A stretch of DNA of 64,000 bases from Macrostomum hystrix (Eukaryota; Animalia; Platyhelminthes), in contig CATNEN010000037.1 in NCBI GenBank assembly GCA_950097015.1, forward strand, positions 2,728,001 to 2,792,000. The letters are read 5' to 3'. How positions within the stretch are numbered: position 1 is the first letter of the stretch; each line of letters opens with the position of its first letter. This document shows positions 1 through 10,838 of the stretch, one piece after another. The notes below the pieces were generated by a model. It ran no database searches. It saw nothing but the letters and a program-made list of their open reading frames with translations, and was not told the DNA's origin. The position numbers and the translations under genes were made by a program.

Positions 1-140
1 TTGAGATTACTTCTGACTGTTCTTGAGATTACTCCTGACTGTTCTTGAGATTACTCCTGACTGTTCTTGAGATTACTCCTGACTGTTCTTGAGATTACTC
101 CTGACTGTTCTTGAGATTACTCCTGACTGTTCTTGAGATG
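1..140. repeat. Minisatellite, 22-bp unit TTGAGATTACTCCTGACTGTTC, about 6 copies, truncated by the window start
   Basis: Tandem copies read directly from the sequence. Confidence 0.95.
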
Positions 141-379
141 ACTCCTTGAGATTGAGGTTGTGTATTATAGATTTCGATGATGAAAACATAAAACACTCGG
201 CAACGCAAAGCAGTTTTTGGCTTTGGTCTTCTTATCATCCCAAAACGTCAGATCCGAAAGCTTCTAACTTCAGAAGTTGATTATTGCTATCAGCAATTTA
301 GTTGTTTTCGGTCAAGTTAAGTTAAGTTGGATAAGTATAAAGTATTATAATCAGTCAATCAATCGAATCAATGATTTTG

Positions 380-724
380 TCATCCGTAGCGCACGATATT
401 GTAGCGTTGGTTCCCGCTGCCACTGCCGTCGCTGCCGCCGCTGCCGCGGGGTCTGGCCATGAATCGCTGGTAGGACAGCTGCGACGACAGCAGCCACATC
501 CGTTTGGCTAGACGGTCGGTTCGGTCAGCATCCGCCTCCAGCAGGAGATTCCAGCACAGCGGCGACGTTGGTAGGCGAAGACGGCGTCGAATTGCGCAGC
601 TGCGAGCCAGTCGGACTTCGACGTCGGAATCAGTGGCCTCGGCTGAAGCGGCCCACAGAAGTGGAACCAGCAGCAGCAGAAGAATGGGAAAGAGAGGCCA
701 GAAATGGATTTTAGCTAAAATCAT
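380..724 (-). CDS. Single-exon neuropeptide precursor (114 aa) predicted to release a 38-aa C-terminal RY-amide; NKY-like
   Basis: ATG at 724 (the track start at 745 is GTG). Hydrophobic signal peptide MILAKIHFWPLFPILLLLLVPLLWAASAEA, a Cys pair, a dibasic KR site, then MWLLSS...GSGGSDGSGSGNQRYNIVRY-G-stop (amidation Gly). Family assignment is from remembered similarity only. Confidence 0.75.
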   Translation of the reverse strand: MILAKIHFWPLFPILLLLLVPLLWAASAEATDSDVEVRLARSCAIRRRLRLPTSPLCWNLLLEADADRTDRLAKRMWLLSSQLSYQRFMARPRGSGGSDGSGSGNQRYNIVRYG

Positions 725-988
725 CTCAAAACAGTCGTTTCCCACTGGTCTATCTATTTTTAGAGAATGATCAGCCAGAAAGCAGAGTCAGGGCCAGGCT
801 TAAGCCTCGAATATTTCAACTCAACGCTAGAGAGCTCCACCTCAACACAAGCTGATTTTCCAATTCCCATTGGCTCTGCTGCTAACGATATTTTGTGCCT
901 GTTGACTTTGTCCTCAAATCAGCTGCTGACCCGTGAACAAGAGAGCGGCGATTTACGATTCCAGTGCTAATAGCCAGCCAATCACAGC

Positions 989-2355
989 GATGGTGTGTCC
1001 TCAATTAAACACCCATAGACTGTGATGGTGTGTCGTCAATTAAACACCCATAGACTGTGATGGTGTGTCCTAAATTAAGCTCCCATAGACTGTGTTGGTG
1101 TGTCCTCAATTAAACACCCATAGACTGTGATGGTGTGTCCTAAATTAAGCTCTCATAGACTGTGTTGGTGTCCTCAATTAAACACCCATAGACTGTGATG
1201 GCGTGTCCTCAATTAAACACCCATAGACTATGATAGTGTGTCGTCAATTAAACACCCATAGACTGTGATGGTGTGTCCTAAATTAAGCTCTCATAGACTG
1301 TGTTGGTGTCCTCAATTAAACACCCATAGACTGTGATGGCGTGTCCTCAATTAAACACCCATAGACTGTGTTGGTGTCCTCAATTAAACACCCATAGACT
1401 GTGATGGTGTGTCCTCAATTAAACACCCATAGACTATGATGGTGTGTCGTCAATTAAACACCCATAGACTGTGATGGTGTGCCGTCAATTAAGCTCCCAT
1501 AGACTGTGTTGGTGTGTCCTCAATTAAACACCCATAGACTGTGATGGTGTGTCCTCAATTAAACACCCTTAGACTGTGTTGGTGTCCTCAATTAAACACC
1601 CATAGACTGTGATGGTGTGTCCTCAATTAAACACCCATAGACTATGATTGTGTGTCGTCAATTAAACACCCATAGACTGTGATGGTGTGTCCTAAATTAA
1701 GCTCTCATAGACTGTGTTGGTGTCCTCAATTAAACACCCATAGACTGTGATGGCGTGTCCTCAATTAAACACCCATAGACTGTGTTGGTGTCCTCAATTA
1801 AACACCCATAGACTGTGATGGTGTGTACTCAATTAAACACCCAACGACTATGATGGTGTGTCGTCAATTAAACACCCATAGACTGTGATGGTGTGTCGTC
1901 AATTAAGCTCCCATAGACTGTGTTGGTGTGTCCTCAATTAAACACCCATAGACTGTGATGGTGTGTCCTCAATTAAACACCCATAGACTGTGATGGTGTG
2001 TCCTCAATTAAACACCCATAGACTGTGATGGTGTGTCGTCAATTAAACACCCATAGACTATGATGGTGTGTCCTCAATTAAACACCCATAGACTGTGATG
2101 GTGTGTCGTCAATTAAACACCCATAGACTGTGATGGTGTGTCGTCAATTAAGCTCCCATAGACTGTGTTGGTGTGTCCTCAATTAAACACCCATAGACTG
2201 TGATGGTGTGTCCTCAATTAAACACCCATAGACTTTGATGGTGTGTCGTCAATTAAACACCCATAGACTGTGATGGTGTGTCCTCAATTAAACACCCATA
2301 GACTGTGATGGTGTGTCCTCAATTAAACACCCATAGACTGTGATGGTGTGTCCAC
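989..2355. repeat. Minisatellite, 35-bp unit (33-bp variants) ATGGTGTGTCCTCAATTAAACACCCATAGACTGTG, about 39 copies
   Basis: Period measured 990 to 1025; recurring variant blocks. Confidence 0.97.
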
Positions 2356-2867
2356 CATAAGACACCATAGTTAAGATAAGACATTATCAAAGAAAAGAAT
2401 AATGTATTATCTCGCAGAATGAATACGTTATTCGCAGAAGCGTTTCTAGATTTAGCTAAAATCGAGTGACATTATTGCATAGCTACTGATATAAGCTATA
2501 CTAAATGTAGCACTGCCGTGTCCTGAGTAGCTAACGGATAAATTGAAAATAGTTTTAAATGGGACAATTCAAACCTGAATTGCGTCTGTTTCGCAACCTA
2601 ATAGTTGAATTTTCCAGTCGGCTTCCCACTCGGGTTTCATTCTGCTTTTGCCTTTGTTTTAATTGCTCAGTTTTTCAGATACTGTTAAAAAAATTAGTAT
2701 AATCTGCAGCCCTACCTTCACCTGAAAGCGAAACTGAAAAACTACTTCACTAAAACAAAAACACCTGAAAAAACTGCTTTTTTAGAAACAAGAACCACAG
2801 AAGCCAAATGACTCGCTGAAAATGAAATCCCACGGAAGACCCACCACCAGAATACAAATAACGCAAG

Positions 2868-3320
2868 GAAGTCAGGAAAAACCCAAGGGAGTCAGGGATA
2901 AACCCAAGGCAATCAGGAAAACCAAGGGTGTTAGGAATAAACCCAAGGGAGTCAGGGATAAACCCAAGGGAGTCAGGGATAAACCCAAGGCAGTCAGGGA
3001 TAAACCCAAGGCAGTCAGGGATAAACCCAACGGAGTCAGGAAAACTCAAGGTATTGCTAGAAAACTCAAGGGATTTCTGGAAAACCCAAGGGAGTCCTGG
3101 AAAACCCAAGGGAGTCCTGGAAAACCCAAGGGAGTCCTGGAAAACCCAAGGGAGTCCTGGAAAACCCAAGGGAGTCCTGGAAAACCCAAGGGAGTCCTGG
3201 AAAGCCCAAGGGAGTCAAGGATAAACCCAAGGGAGTCCTGGAAAACCCAAGGGAGTCCTGGAAAGCCCAAGGGAGTCAAGGATAAACCCAAGGGAGTGCT
3301 GGAAAACCCAAGGAAATCCG
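2868..3320. repeat. Compound minisatellite, 21-bp AAACCCAAGGGAGTCAGGGAT and 20-bp AAACCCAAGGGAGTCCTGGA units
   Basis: Tandem copies; explains spurious ORFs at 2750-3415. Confidence 0.93.
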
Positions 3321-3884
3321 TTGGTTTCCAAGGAAAAACGAACGGGCTCACAAATTTAAATTTTTGTAAGTTGGCGCGTTTGGTTTCTGCTGTTAGAAGT
3401 TTTTCAAGAAAGTGACCATCATACTACAGATAAAAAATTAATCGAACATTTATCTTAAGAAGTCATTAGAATTACAGAAATGCAACAACCCGCTTATGGG
3501 CCAATGCTTGAAATAATTTAGGTCATGCGTTAAAATGCAAGCCAAAGAATAATATCAATTGGATTGTCAAGGACGAAAAGGTTATTGATTTGCTGTCAGG
3601 CTCTGTATTGATTTAAGCGAACCAGTCCGATGGACTTCAGTTCTGCAAAGCAACTGAATTGATAATTCGAAATTCGCAACAACTAGAAGCAGTGCAAAAA
3701 TAAAAGAATGGAAATTTAACTTTTCCGAAACCGCTTTTAAAATTAAATTTTCGTATTCTGCGCTACTATGGAGTCAGTAGTACATTGCAGGCACGTAAGT
3801 TTTTTCTTTGAATAAAATTATAGCTCTTTTCAGAGTTATGATAGCCGATAATGCTGGTCACAAACAATAATATTGCTTTTGTCG

Positions 3885-3896
3885 CGCAATGTGGAC
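3885..3896. repeat. Target-site duplication of the LINE, copy at the element 3' end (CGCAATGTGGAC)
   Basis: Identical 12-mer at 10175-10186; flanking bases differ on both sides. Confidence 0.93.
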
Positions 3897-4221
3897 TTGA
3901 CTTACTTGACTTAGCTGCAGGGGGCATCTTCCGGATGCAGCGGGGAGGCGTTGCCGCCCATTCCGCTAGCCCCTGGCGACCACGGGCAACTAGAGCTGCG
4001 GTGTCGCGCAGGGGGATCCGGTGGTGCCGGCGTCCGCAGCGCGGTCCTCCTCCGGAGTGTCCAGGAGGTGGAGGGTTGCTCGCCCGGTGGCCCTCAGGTA
4101 TCGGACGAGCTGGCAGATGTTCTCAGGCCTGAAAACGTCGGGGAGATCCGGGTTTGGGCCGAGATAGGTGAGCCGGTCCTGAGTGAAGGCGGGGCAGTCG
4201 CAAATAAAATGCTCTGCATCC

Positions 4222-7200
4222 TCAATGGCAGAGGCAGAAGGGGCATTCCTCACTGCGGATTTTGCCTTGCAGGAAGCGGTGCCTGGCGAAACAGCCATGG
4301 CCAGAGAGGGCCATGGTGACTGCCCTGATGTCCTTGCGGTTCAGTCCAAGCAAGGCTTTGCGAAGGGCAGTGGAGGGACAAGGGACAGCAGCGCGAGACT
4401 GCCGACAATCGGCGGTATTGATCCATCTGTCCTTGTGCTTTGAGGTCACCCACTGGTTAATCCGAGTGTTGACGACGGCGGTAGGGGTGGAGACCGCAGG
4501 CACGGGGCCAAAAAGCGAACCCGTCGAACCGGCCTTGGCGAGGCTGTCGGCCAATTCGTTACCAGGGTGGCCAGAGTGCCCTGGAATCCACCTTAGGGAC
4601 ACCTTGTTGTGGGTCCCTAAGCGGTTGAGTTGCGCGACGCAGTCAAGGACTGTGCGCGAGCAGGTGTGCGTGCGTCCAAGGGCATGGATCGCCGCCTGGC
4701 TGTCCGAGTGGAGGAAGATTTCTGCTCCATGGACGTTTTGGTAGATCAGCTCCAGGGCGCAGGAGCTGATGGCCAGAACTTCGTTCTGGAAAACAGTAGA
4801 GTTTATGCCGGTGTGCTGGGAGAAGGTCGCCACAGTTTTCCCTCCGGACATAATGCAGTAGCCGAAACCAGAGACCGAGTTGATTTGCGATCCGTCGGTG
4901 AAGCAGTGAATTTCACGGGGTTGGCCGTGGTCACGTACTTCCTGGCGAGGCGGAATGCTGGTTTTGAATTTTTGCGGTGGGCACAGCGTCGACGGGATTC
5001 CGTCGGAGAGAATTTTGAGACCTCCTGCTGCGTCCAGGTCCCGTAGGCTGAGGTCGCCATGGGGCTGGAGGTTCCGCTTGCTGAAAGCAAGTTGCTTCCG
5101 GATGGAGATACCCGCGTCCAGAAGACGACGAGCCGTCTTCATCGCCTCCCCCTTGATAAAAAGATCTAAAGGGGGAAGGTCCAGGAAGGCATTCATGCCA
5201 GCGAAGGGAGTGGAGGGTGCCGCACTCATGATGGCTCGACAAGCACGGCCCTGCACCTTGTTTAGGGCCTCCAGGACCCCTTTGGTCTCCAGGGCACTAT
5301 TCCAGATGAAGCCGGCAAAAGAGATGGCCGGTCTTACAATGGTAGTGTAAATCCACCAGAGACGGCGGGGGGTGAGGCCCCAGGTGGCGCCGAAGGCTCT
5401 GCGAATCTGCGCGAGCGTCGCAAGAGCTTTACGGGTTTTGAATTTGACGTGAGGTGTCCAGCTCAACCTGTGGTCGAGGATGACACCTAAGCATCTGGTT
5501 TGCTTCTCCATGGCGATTGGTTTGTTATAGAGAAGGAGAGGCTCAATCCTCCAGTTTCGTTTGCTGGTGAACATAATGGCGACGGTCTTGGACTCAGAGA
5601 GTTTGAGGCCGCAGCCATTGGCCCAGCGTTCGGCACGGTGGATGAAAGCTTGCAGAAGGTCTCTAAGGACCGGGGGAGACGGTCCGGCCACGGTGGCGGT
5701 GACGTCGTCAGCATAGCCGATTTTTTGGACCGGGTCCGGGTCAGGGCTGCAGAGCAGTTCGTCCATGACAAGGTTCCAAAGGATCGGACTGAGAACGCCA
5801 CCCTGCGGGCCTCCCTTCTGGACATTCACAGAACGGGAGTGTCCAAGCAGGTGCGAGGTGGCAGTTCGGTGAGAGATCATATACATGATCCAGCGGGTGA
5901 GGTGCTCGTGCGTAGCCCGGCGTTCCAGGGCTCGCCTAAAGGCTCCGAAGAGCACATTGTCGAAGGCACCATCAATGTCGAGGAAAAGCGAGAGAGCAAA
6001 ACCGGTGCCAAGCACGGCGCGCTCCAGCTTGTCGACAATGGCATGCAGAGCACTTTCGATGGAACGTCCGGATCGAAAGGCGTGCTGGTTGGCGGAGAGC
6101 GGGGAGTTCCTCAGCTCAACGTGAAGGAGGCGCCAAAGAACAAGCCTTTCAAGCAGCTTAAGAAAGAAAGATGTTAAGCTGATGGGGCGGAAGGCTTTGG
6201 CGGAGTGGTAGTCTCCCTTCCCAGGTTTGGGGATGAAGACGATAGTGGCTTCCTGCCAAGACCTGGGTACGTACCCGAGGGTGATACAGGCCTTGAACAG
6301 GTTGCAAAGGAGGCCGAGGAACCTGTCATTTTTTACCGCTTCATGTAGGAAGGCGGGGTAAATGTTGTCAGGTCCAGGCGACTTAAAAGGCGAGAAGGAG
6401 TTAGCAGCGCGAGCTGTCCGTTCTCTAGTGATAATAGTTGTCGCAAGGATGTGTCCACCCGGAGTGTGGTCCGGCGGGTCCTGAAGCGGCGCAGTCTGGG
6501 GGAAGGCGCTGGCGAGCATGATGTCCAGCGATTCGCCAGGATTCTCAGCAAGCCGGCCGTCCGGTCTTTTGATCACTGAGAGCTTCGACATTTTGTCAAG
6601 AGTGAGCGCTTTTACAACGCGAGAAGTTGGGCGGGCGCCCTCCAGCTCGGAGCAGTATTGGCGCCACTTTTCGGACTTCGCTTTCCTGGTGTCACGCTTA
6701 AAGTCACGAATCGCATTCTGGTAGGCGGTCAGGTCAGCTGGGTCCTTGCTTTTCCGCGCAATCCGCTGGAGGGATTTGGCCTTTCGCCGGAGGGTTCCAA
6801 GCGCTGGGTTCCACCAGGGAGCGGATTTTTTGCCTTTGTAGGCTTTAAGGGGGCAAGAGGTTTCATGAGCTGTCAAGATGGTCATGCTGAGTAGATCAGC
6901 CAGATCGTCCACTTCTTGACAGGTGGCAGGAACAACGGATTCTAACTGGTTGGTCTGGCGCTTCACGGATTCCGCAAAGGCCGTCCAGTCAGTATTCCGG
7001 GCGTTCCTTCTCCACAGAATACCAGGCTTGGAGTAGGAGCTTAGCAACCGGAAACGAATGAAGCGATGGTCAGACAGAGATTCCTCTTCGTCCCACACCT
7101 GCCAGTTCATAATCAGAGGGATCAGGCCCTGAGAGGCGAGGGTGGCGTCAAGGACCTCCGTCCATCGTCCATTGTCAAAGGTGGGTGTGCCACCCGAGTT

Positions 7201-7692
7201 GCAGAACTCAATATTGGTGGTGCAGATGTAGGCAAGGAGATCCTCGCCTCTGCAGTTGGAGGTAACACTGCCCCAGTGGGTGTGGTGGGCATTTATGTCG
7301 CCTGCCACCAGCAGCTCAAAGTCGCGGTCTGAGCAGTAGTCCACGAGGGAAGTGAGACTGGGCGGAACCGCAGGACCGTCACCAGGAATGTATATAGAGG
7401 CGATGATGACGGTGCGGTTCGGGAGAATGTGGTTGGTTTGGATGACACAGAGGTCTTTGTCAGAGAGGTCTGGTCTATACCAAGCTTTTAGATCGGTAGT
7501 CGCGAACACAGCAGCCCTGGGGTTTTGGGGCATGAAAAAACAGTCAAAACCAGCAGGAATGTTCGGAATCTTACCTTTCTTCGTCCAGGGCTCTTGGAGG
7601 AGGATGATGCCCGGTTTTTCGAAGTCCACCACACGCGCCAGGTTGGTCGAGGCCGCGATGCAGTGGTGCAGGTTCAGCTGCAGGAAGCTCAC
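4222..7692 (-). CDS. LINE ORF2 polyprotein: AP endonuclease, reverse transcriptase, RNase H, C-terminal CCHC knuckle (frameshifted tail continues about 4234 to 3990)
   Basis: APE motifs QLNLHH, LLQEPW, GDINAHH..WGS, SDHRFI; RT motifs [37 protein letters not shown]; RNase H motifs [39 protein letters not shown]; CPFC then, in another frame, [13 protein letters not shown]. Confidence 0.97.
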   Translation of the reverse strand: MSFLQLNLHHCIAASTNLARVVDFEKPGIILLQEPWTKKGKIPNIPAGFDCFFMPQNPRAAVFATTDLKAWYRPDLSDKDLCVIQTNHILPNRTVIIASIYIPGDGPAVPPSLTSLVDYCSDRDFELLVAGDINAHHTHWGSVTSNCRGEDLLAYICTTNIEFCNSGGTPTFDNGRWTEVLDATLASQGLIPLIMNWQVWDEEESLSDHRFIRFRLLSSYSKPGILWRRNARNTDWTAFAESVKRQTNQLESVVPATCQEVDDLADLLSMTILTAHETSCPLKAYKGKKSAPWWNPALGTLRRKAKSLQRIARKSKDPADLTAYQNAIRDFKRDTRKAKSEKWRQYCSELEGARPTSRVVKALTLDKMSKLSVIKRPDGRLAENPGESLDIMLASAFPQTAPLQDPPDHTPGGHILATTIITRERTARAANSFSPFKSPGPDNIYPAFLHEAVKNDRFLGLLCNLFKACITLGYVPRSWQEATIVFIPKPGKGDYHSAKAFRPISLTSFFLKLLERLVLWRLLHVELRNSPLSANQHAFRSGRSIESALHAIVDKLERAVLGTGFALSLFLDIDGAFDNVLFGAFRRALERRATHEHLTRWIMYMISHRTATSHLLGHSRSVNVQKGGPQGGVLSPILWNLVMDELLCSPDPDPVQKIGYADDVTATVAGPSPPVLRDLLQAFIHRAERWANGCGLKLSESKTVAIMFTSKRNWRIEPLLLYNKPIAMEKQTRCLGVILDHRLSWTPHVKFKTRKALATLAQIRRAFGATWGLTPRRLWWIYTTIVRPAISFAGFIWNSALETKGVLEALNKVQGRACRAIMSAAPSTPFAGMNAFLDLPPLDLFIKGEAMKTARRLLDAGISIRKQLAFSKRNLQPHGDLSLRDLDAAGGLKILSDGIPSTLCPPQKFKTSIPPRQEVRDHGQPREIHCFTDGSQINSVSGFGYCIMSGGKTVATFSQHTGINSTVFQNEVLAISSCALELIYQNVHGAEIFLHSDSQAAIHALGRTHTCSRTVLDCVAQLNRLGTHNKVSLRWIPGHSGHPGNELADSLAKAGSTGSLFGPVPAVSTPTAVVNTRINQWVTSKHKDRWINTADCRQSRAAVPCPSTALRKALLGLNRKDIRAVTMALSGHGCFARHRFLQGKIRSEECPFCLCH

Positions 7693-7727
7693 CCCAGGAG
7701 GGGCGGTCCGTGCGGCTATCTGCTGAC

Positions 7728-9215
7728 CTACGGCGAGTTGTTCAGGAGCGATTCCTCGTCCTCGCCGGTGTTTTGCCCGAGCTCCATCGGTTCCTCCTGA
7801 ATCGGATCCAGAGTTGAGGCCGGGGCTGCCGCAACAGCGGCGTCCGTGTCCTCAACCCGGTTTTCCGCTGGGGGTTCCGATGAAACATTGGGCCGGGTGG
7901 TGCTGCGGTGGCGTCCACTGTTGGGGTCCGACAGCTGTCTGGCGCGCTGAGTCAAGCCAGCACGGATGGTGTTGCGGGCGGGTTTCCGGCCCTTACCACG
8001 TCCGCCTGTCGTTGCGGCTCGCGCGGCTTTGCCCCTGATAGGGTCCGCATCCTCGGAGTGGTCGTGACGATCAGGAGTCTGTGTTCCAGGGCGCAGGGGC
8101 CCGGCAGAGCTCTGGTTCGTCCGTTTCCGCTTTTCCGGGGGCGGCGGGCGAGTGGCGTCGGACTCGAAGCTGAAAATCTGCATTCGAGTGAGGCCTGCAC
8201 TGATGTAGGACATGTCTGGGCAGCGGAGCATCCAGCTGTCCGACAATCCTAGGATGGCCGTGAAACCGTCTCCACCAGGTCTGGTGATGGTTTCATGAAC
8301 CACGACACCGTTTGCTGGCAGATCCGGGTGGATTGCCAACAGCAGGCGGCGCAGTTCTCCGGCGTTGGTGATGGCGCTGCGAGCTGGAATCCAAACACGA
8401 TGACGGTGTGTCTGGGGGCGCTCGTCCTCCCTGTAGATAAACAGGTTGCCCATTTCCGTGCCCCAGTCGAAGGATTTCAGCATCTCGAGGAGTTGCTGTC
8501 CGGACTGGTTGTCGGCAGGCTGGACAATGAGGGCTTGGTCCTGGATGTCGGTCTTCAGGACGTGCAGTACAGTGCCGCTCAGTGCCAGTTTGACCAGATG
8601 GGAGTCCAATCTGCGCCAGATCTGGTCGAGTTGCGCTGTTGTGAGGGGCGTCTCCTGGCCTCGGATAACCAAGGCCGGCTGCCTCTTTGCCATAGCAGCG
8701 TAAGTGCGCTTTGGCCTTGTGGTTTGGCCGGCGCCTCCCGCAACGGGCCCCCCAGCAGTCGTCGGAGTTTCCGGATGACTGTGAGAGGTTCCGCCGCGAG
8801 AGGAACCGGATGCCCCAGAGGCCTGGGCGGCACTTTTCCGCGCTTCCGGATTTCCCGGACGGCGCGAGGAGTCCGCCTCCTTGTTGGGTGCCGGTTCCTC
8901 CGCGATGTTCGCAGAGTTGCCGGCCCCCTCCTCGGAGGCGGTGGTTGGCGCGGATTTCGCAGCCAACCGTACTTCCTGTTTTCGCCGCCGGAATTCCTGG
9001 AGGCGGGCGAGGCTGCGGGCTTGCGTGGAAGGGGAGCGTTTGCTCTTTGATCCAGCCGCTCTGGTGTTTTCCTGAGTGGCGGAGGAGCAGGATGAATTTT
9101 GGGCGCCGGTGGAACCGGTGTCGCCCTGGCGCTGGTCCTGAGGATCTGCGTCGCCGGCCGGGGTCGGCGTTTCAGCAGGGTCCTGGGACGTGCTGGAGCT
9201 GTAGTGGGACTCCAT
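7728..9215 (-). CDS. LINE ORF1 (495 aa), DUF4780-like core with low-complexity flanks, no CCHC knuckle seen
   Basis: Intact ORF directly upstream of ORF2. HRVWIP and [12 protein letters not shown] resemble the DUF4780 ORF1 domain of LOA-type elements (recalled similarity, not searched). Confidence 0.88.
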   Translation of the reverse strand: MESHYSSSTSQDPAETPTPAGDADPQDQRQGDTGSTGAQNSSCSSATQENTRAAGSKSKRSPSTQARSLARLQEFRRRKQEVRLAAKSAPTTASEEGAGNSANIAEEPAPNKEADSSRRPGNPEARKSAAQASGASGSSRGGTSHSHPETPTTAGGPVAGGAGQTTRPKRTYAAMAKRQPALVIRGQETPLTTAQLDQIWRRLDSHLVKLALSGTVLHVLKTDIQDQALIVQPADNQSGQQLLEMLKSFDWGTEMGNLFIYREDERPQTHRHRVWIPARSAITNAGELRRLLLAIHPDLPANGVVVHETITRPGGDGFTAILGLSDSWMLRCPDMSYISAGLTRMQIFSFESDATRPPPPEKRKRTNQSSAGPLRPGTQTPDRHDHSEDADPIRGKAARAATTGGRGKGRKPARNTIRAGLTQRARQLSDPNSGRHRSTTRPNVSSEPPAENRVEDTDAAVAAAPASTLDPIQEEPMELGQNTGEDEESLLNNSP

Positions 9216-9221
9216 AGGTCG

Positions 9222-9256
9222 CTGGAAAAAGAGAAAGAAGAGAATAAAAATAAAAA
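9222..9256 (-). promoter_or_regulatory. Strong 3' splice acceptor (polypyrimidine tract plus CAG) 6 nt upstream of the LINE ORF1 ATG
   Basis: Minus strand reads TTTTTATTTTTATTCTCTTCTTTCTCTTTTTCCAG|CGACCT-ATG within an otherwise GC-rich UTR. Confidence 0.7.
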
Positions 9257-9344
9257 CCGCTAATGGCCGGATAGACTCCCCGGACCTTTCAGCCCCTCAG
9301 CGCGGTGAGACCTTAGGCATAAGAGGACACCTAAAGCAGTGCCA

Positions 9345-9900
9345 GGCCCGCAGACTGGCTGCGTACCCTGTTGAGGTCGAAGGGTGACACCTGTCCCTCA
9401 GAGCCGTAGCCAGAGGTACCTGATCACGCACAGGTGCACGAGCGCTGCGGACTGGCCGCATACCCTGTTAAGGTCAAAGGGTGACACCTTTCCCTCAGAG
9501 CCGTAGCCAGAGGCACCTGATCACGCACAGGTGCACGAAAACTGCGGACTGGCCGCATACCCTGTTAAGGTCAAAGGGTGACACCTTTCCCTCAGAGCCG
9601 TAGCCAGAGGTACCTGATCACGCACAGGTGCGCGAGACGCTGCGGACTGGCCGCATACCCTGTCAAGGTCAAAGGGTAACACCTCTCCCTCAGAGCCGTA
9701 GCCAGAGGTACCTGATCACGCACAGGTGCGCGAGACGCTGCGGACTGGCCGCATACCCTGTCAAGGTCAAAGGGTAACACCTCTCCCTCAGAGCCGTAGC
9801 CAGAGGTACCTGATCACGCACAGGTGCACGAAAGCTGCGGACTCGCCGCATACCCTGTTAAGGTCAAAGGGTGACACCTTTCCCTCCAGCCAGGGCTAGA
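9345..9900 (-). repeat. Tandem 97-98 bp monomers (about 5.5 copies) in the LINE 5' UTR
   Basis: TGATCACGCACAGG recurs at 9421, 9518, 9615, 9713, 9811. Confidence 0.96.
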
Positions 9901-10174
9901 GGTACCCAGTTTGGCCAGAGGCCCTGGATGGGTCATCCAGCGCTGTTGCCCATTCTGTCCGGCTGCCCTAGGGTCAGCCTTGAACACTCGCGGGACGTGT
10001 ACCCATGGGTCAGCTGACGGGACAGCGTGGAGGGATCCCTGCACCCGGAGGTACAGGGCTCCTTCCTGCCAGGCCTGCTCAAAAAACGACTGCAGGTGTG
10101 AGGCATCGCAGACCTTAGCCCGTAGGCCTGGTCTGACTCATACCACACAGGCATTGTGTCCCGCCGGTGCGAGC

Positions 10175-10186
10175 CGCAATGTGGAC
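10175..10186. repeat. Target-site duplication of the LINE, copy at the element 5' end (CGCAATGTGGAC)
   Basis: Identical 12-mer at 3885-3896. Confidence 0.93.
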
Positions 10187-10309
10187 AGTGGGACATGCAA
10201 AACGGAATGACCCATGGAATTCTATGGCCAAGCGTTTGAATTCACAAGAGCAAGTAAGCCATAGACAACTCAATTTTTCATGCAATAAGGACCGATATGA
10301 GCCAGAATA

Positions 10310-10500
10310 CTTGTACATGTACATCAGTCAGTAATCAGATGTCATTCAGTACATGTACATCAGTCAGTAATCAGATGTCATTCAGTACATGTACATCAGT
10401 CAGTTATCAAATGTCATTCAGTACATGTACATCAGTCAGTTATCAAATGTCATTCAGTACATGTACATCAGTCAGTTATCAAATATCATTCAGTATCAAA
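10310..10500. repeat. Minisatellite, 36-bp unit TACATGTACATCAGTCAGTAATCAGATGTCATTCAG, about 5 copies
   Basis: Tandem copies. Confidence 0.92.
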
Positions 10501-10838
10501 TATCATCATTCATTATCTAGTCTGAAAAAAGAGAAATAAAAAGTACACAAACATTATTTTTGCTGAATGCTTAGTTTGGGCCGCACAATGAAAGTGTCAC
10601 ATTAAAGAGTATATTTATCGCCAATAAATTTTGATGAATTTTTGCGGTCCTGTGGGGAAGGCAGATTTTTGGGCTCTCAGGTGTGCTTGTTAAATTTCTG
10701 CCGCACTTGAAAAAAACTGACTCATCGAGTTTGGAAAATCTTTTAGAGTGAGAGCTCAGGAAAGTAGATATTATCGTGTTGTTGATCTTTAATCTGCTGC
10801 TAGTTCATATTAGCTATGGTTAGTGAGTTTTGTAGTCG

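Larger units (their letters stand above)
3897..10174 (-). mobile_element. Full-length non-LTR retrotransposon (LINE), LOA/Lian-like clade of the I/R1 group, 6278 bp
   Basis: ORF1 plus ORF2 (APE-RT-RNase H-CCHC). 12-bp direct repeat CGCAATGTGGAC on both flanks (3885-3896 and 10175-10186). Short tandem 3' tail TAAGTCAAGTAAGTCAA on the minus strand. Confidence 0.95.

Noticed and set aside
5500-6177. 225-aa plus-strand ORF and other ORFs antisense to LINE ORF1/ORF2 (e.g. 8295-9050)
   Set aside because: Shadow frames of GC-rich coding sequence; no recognisable motifs
9240-9900. Hammerhead or HDV-like ribozyme in the LINE leader
   Set aside because: The near matches (CUGAGGG...GAAA on the sense strand; CUGAUCA...GAAA on the antisense strand) break invariant core positions, and no P1/P1.1/P3/J4-2 HDV fold could be built by eye. 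Kept only as an unknown structured RNA.
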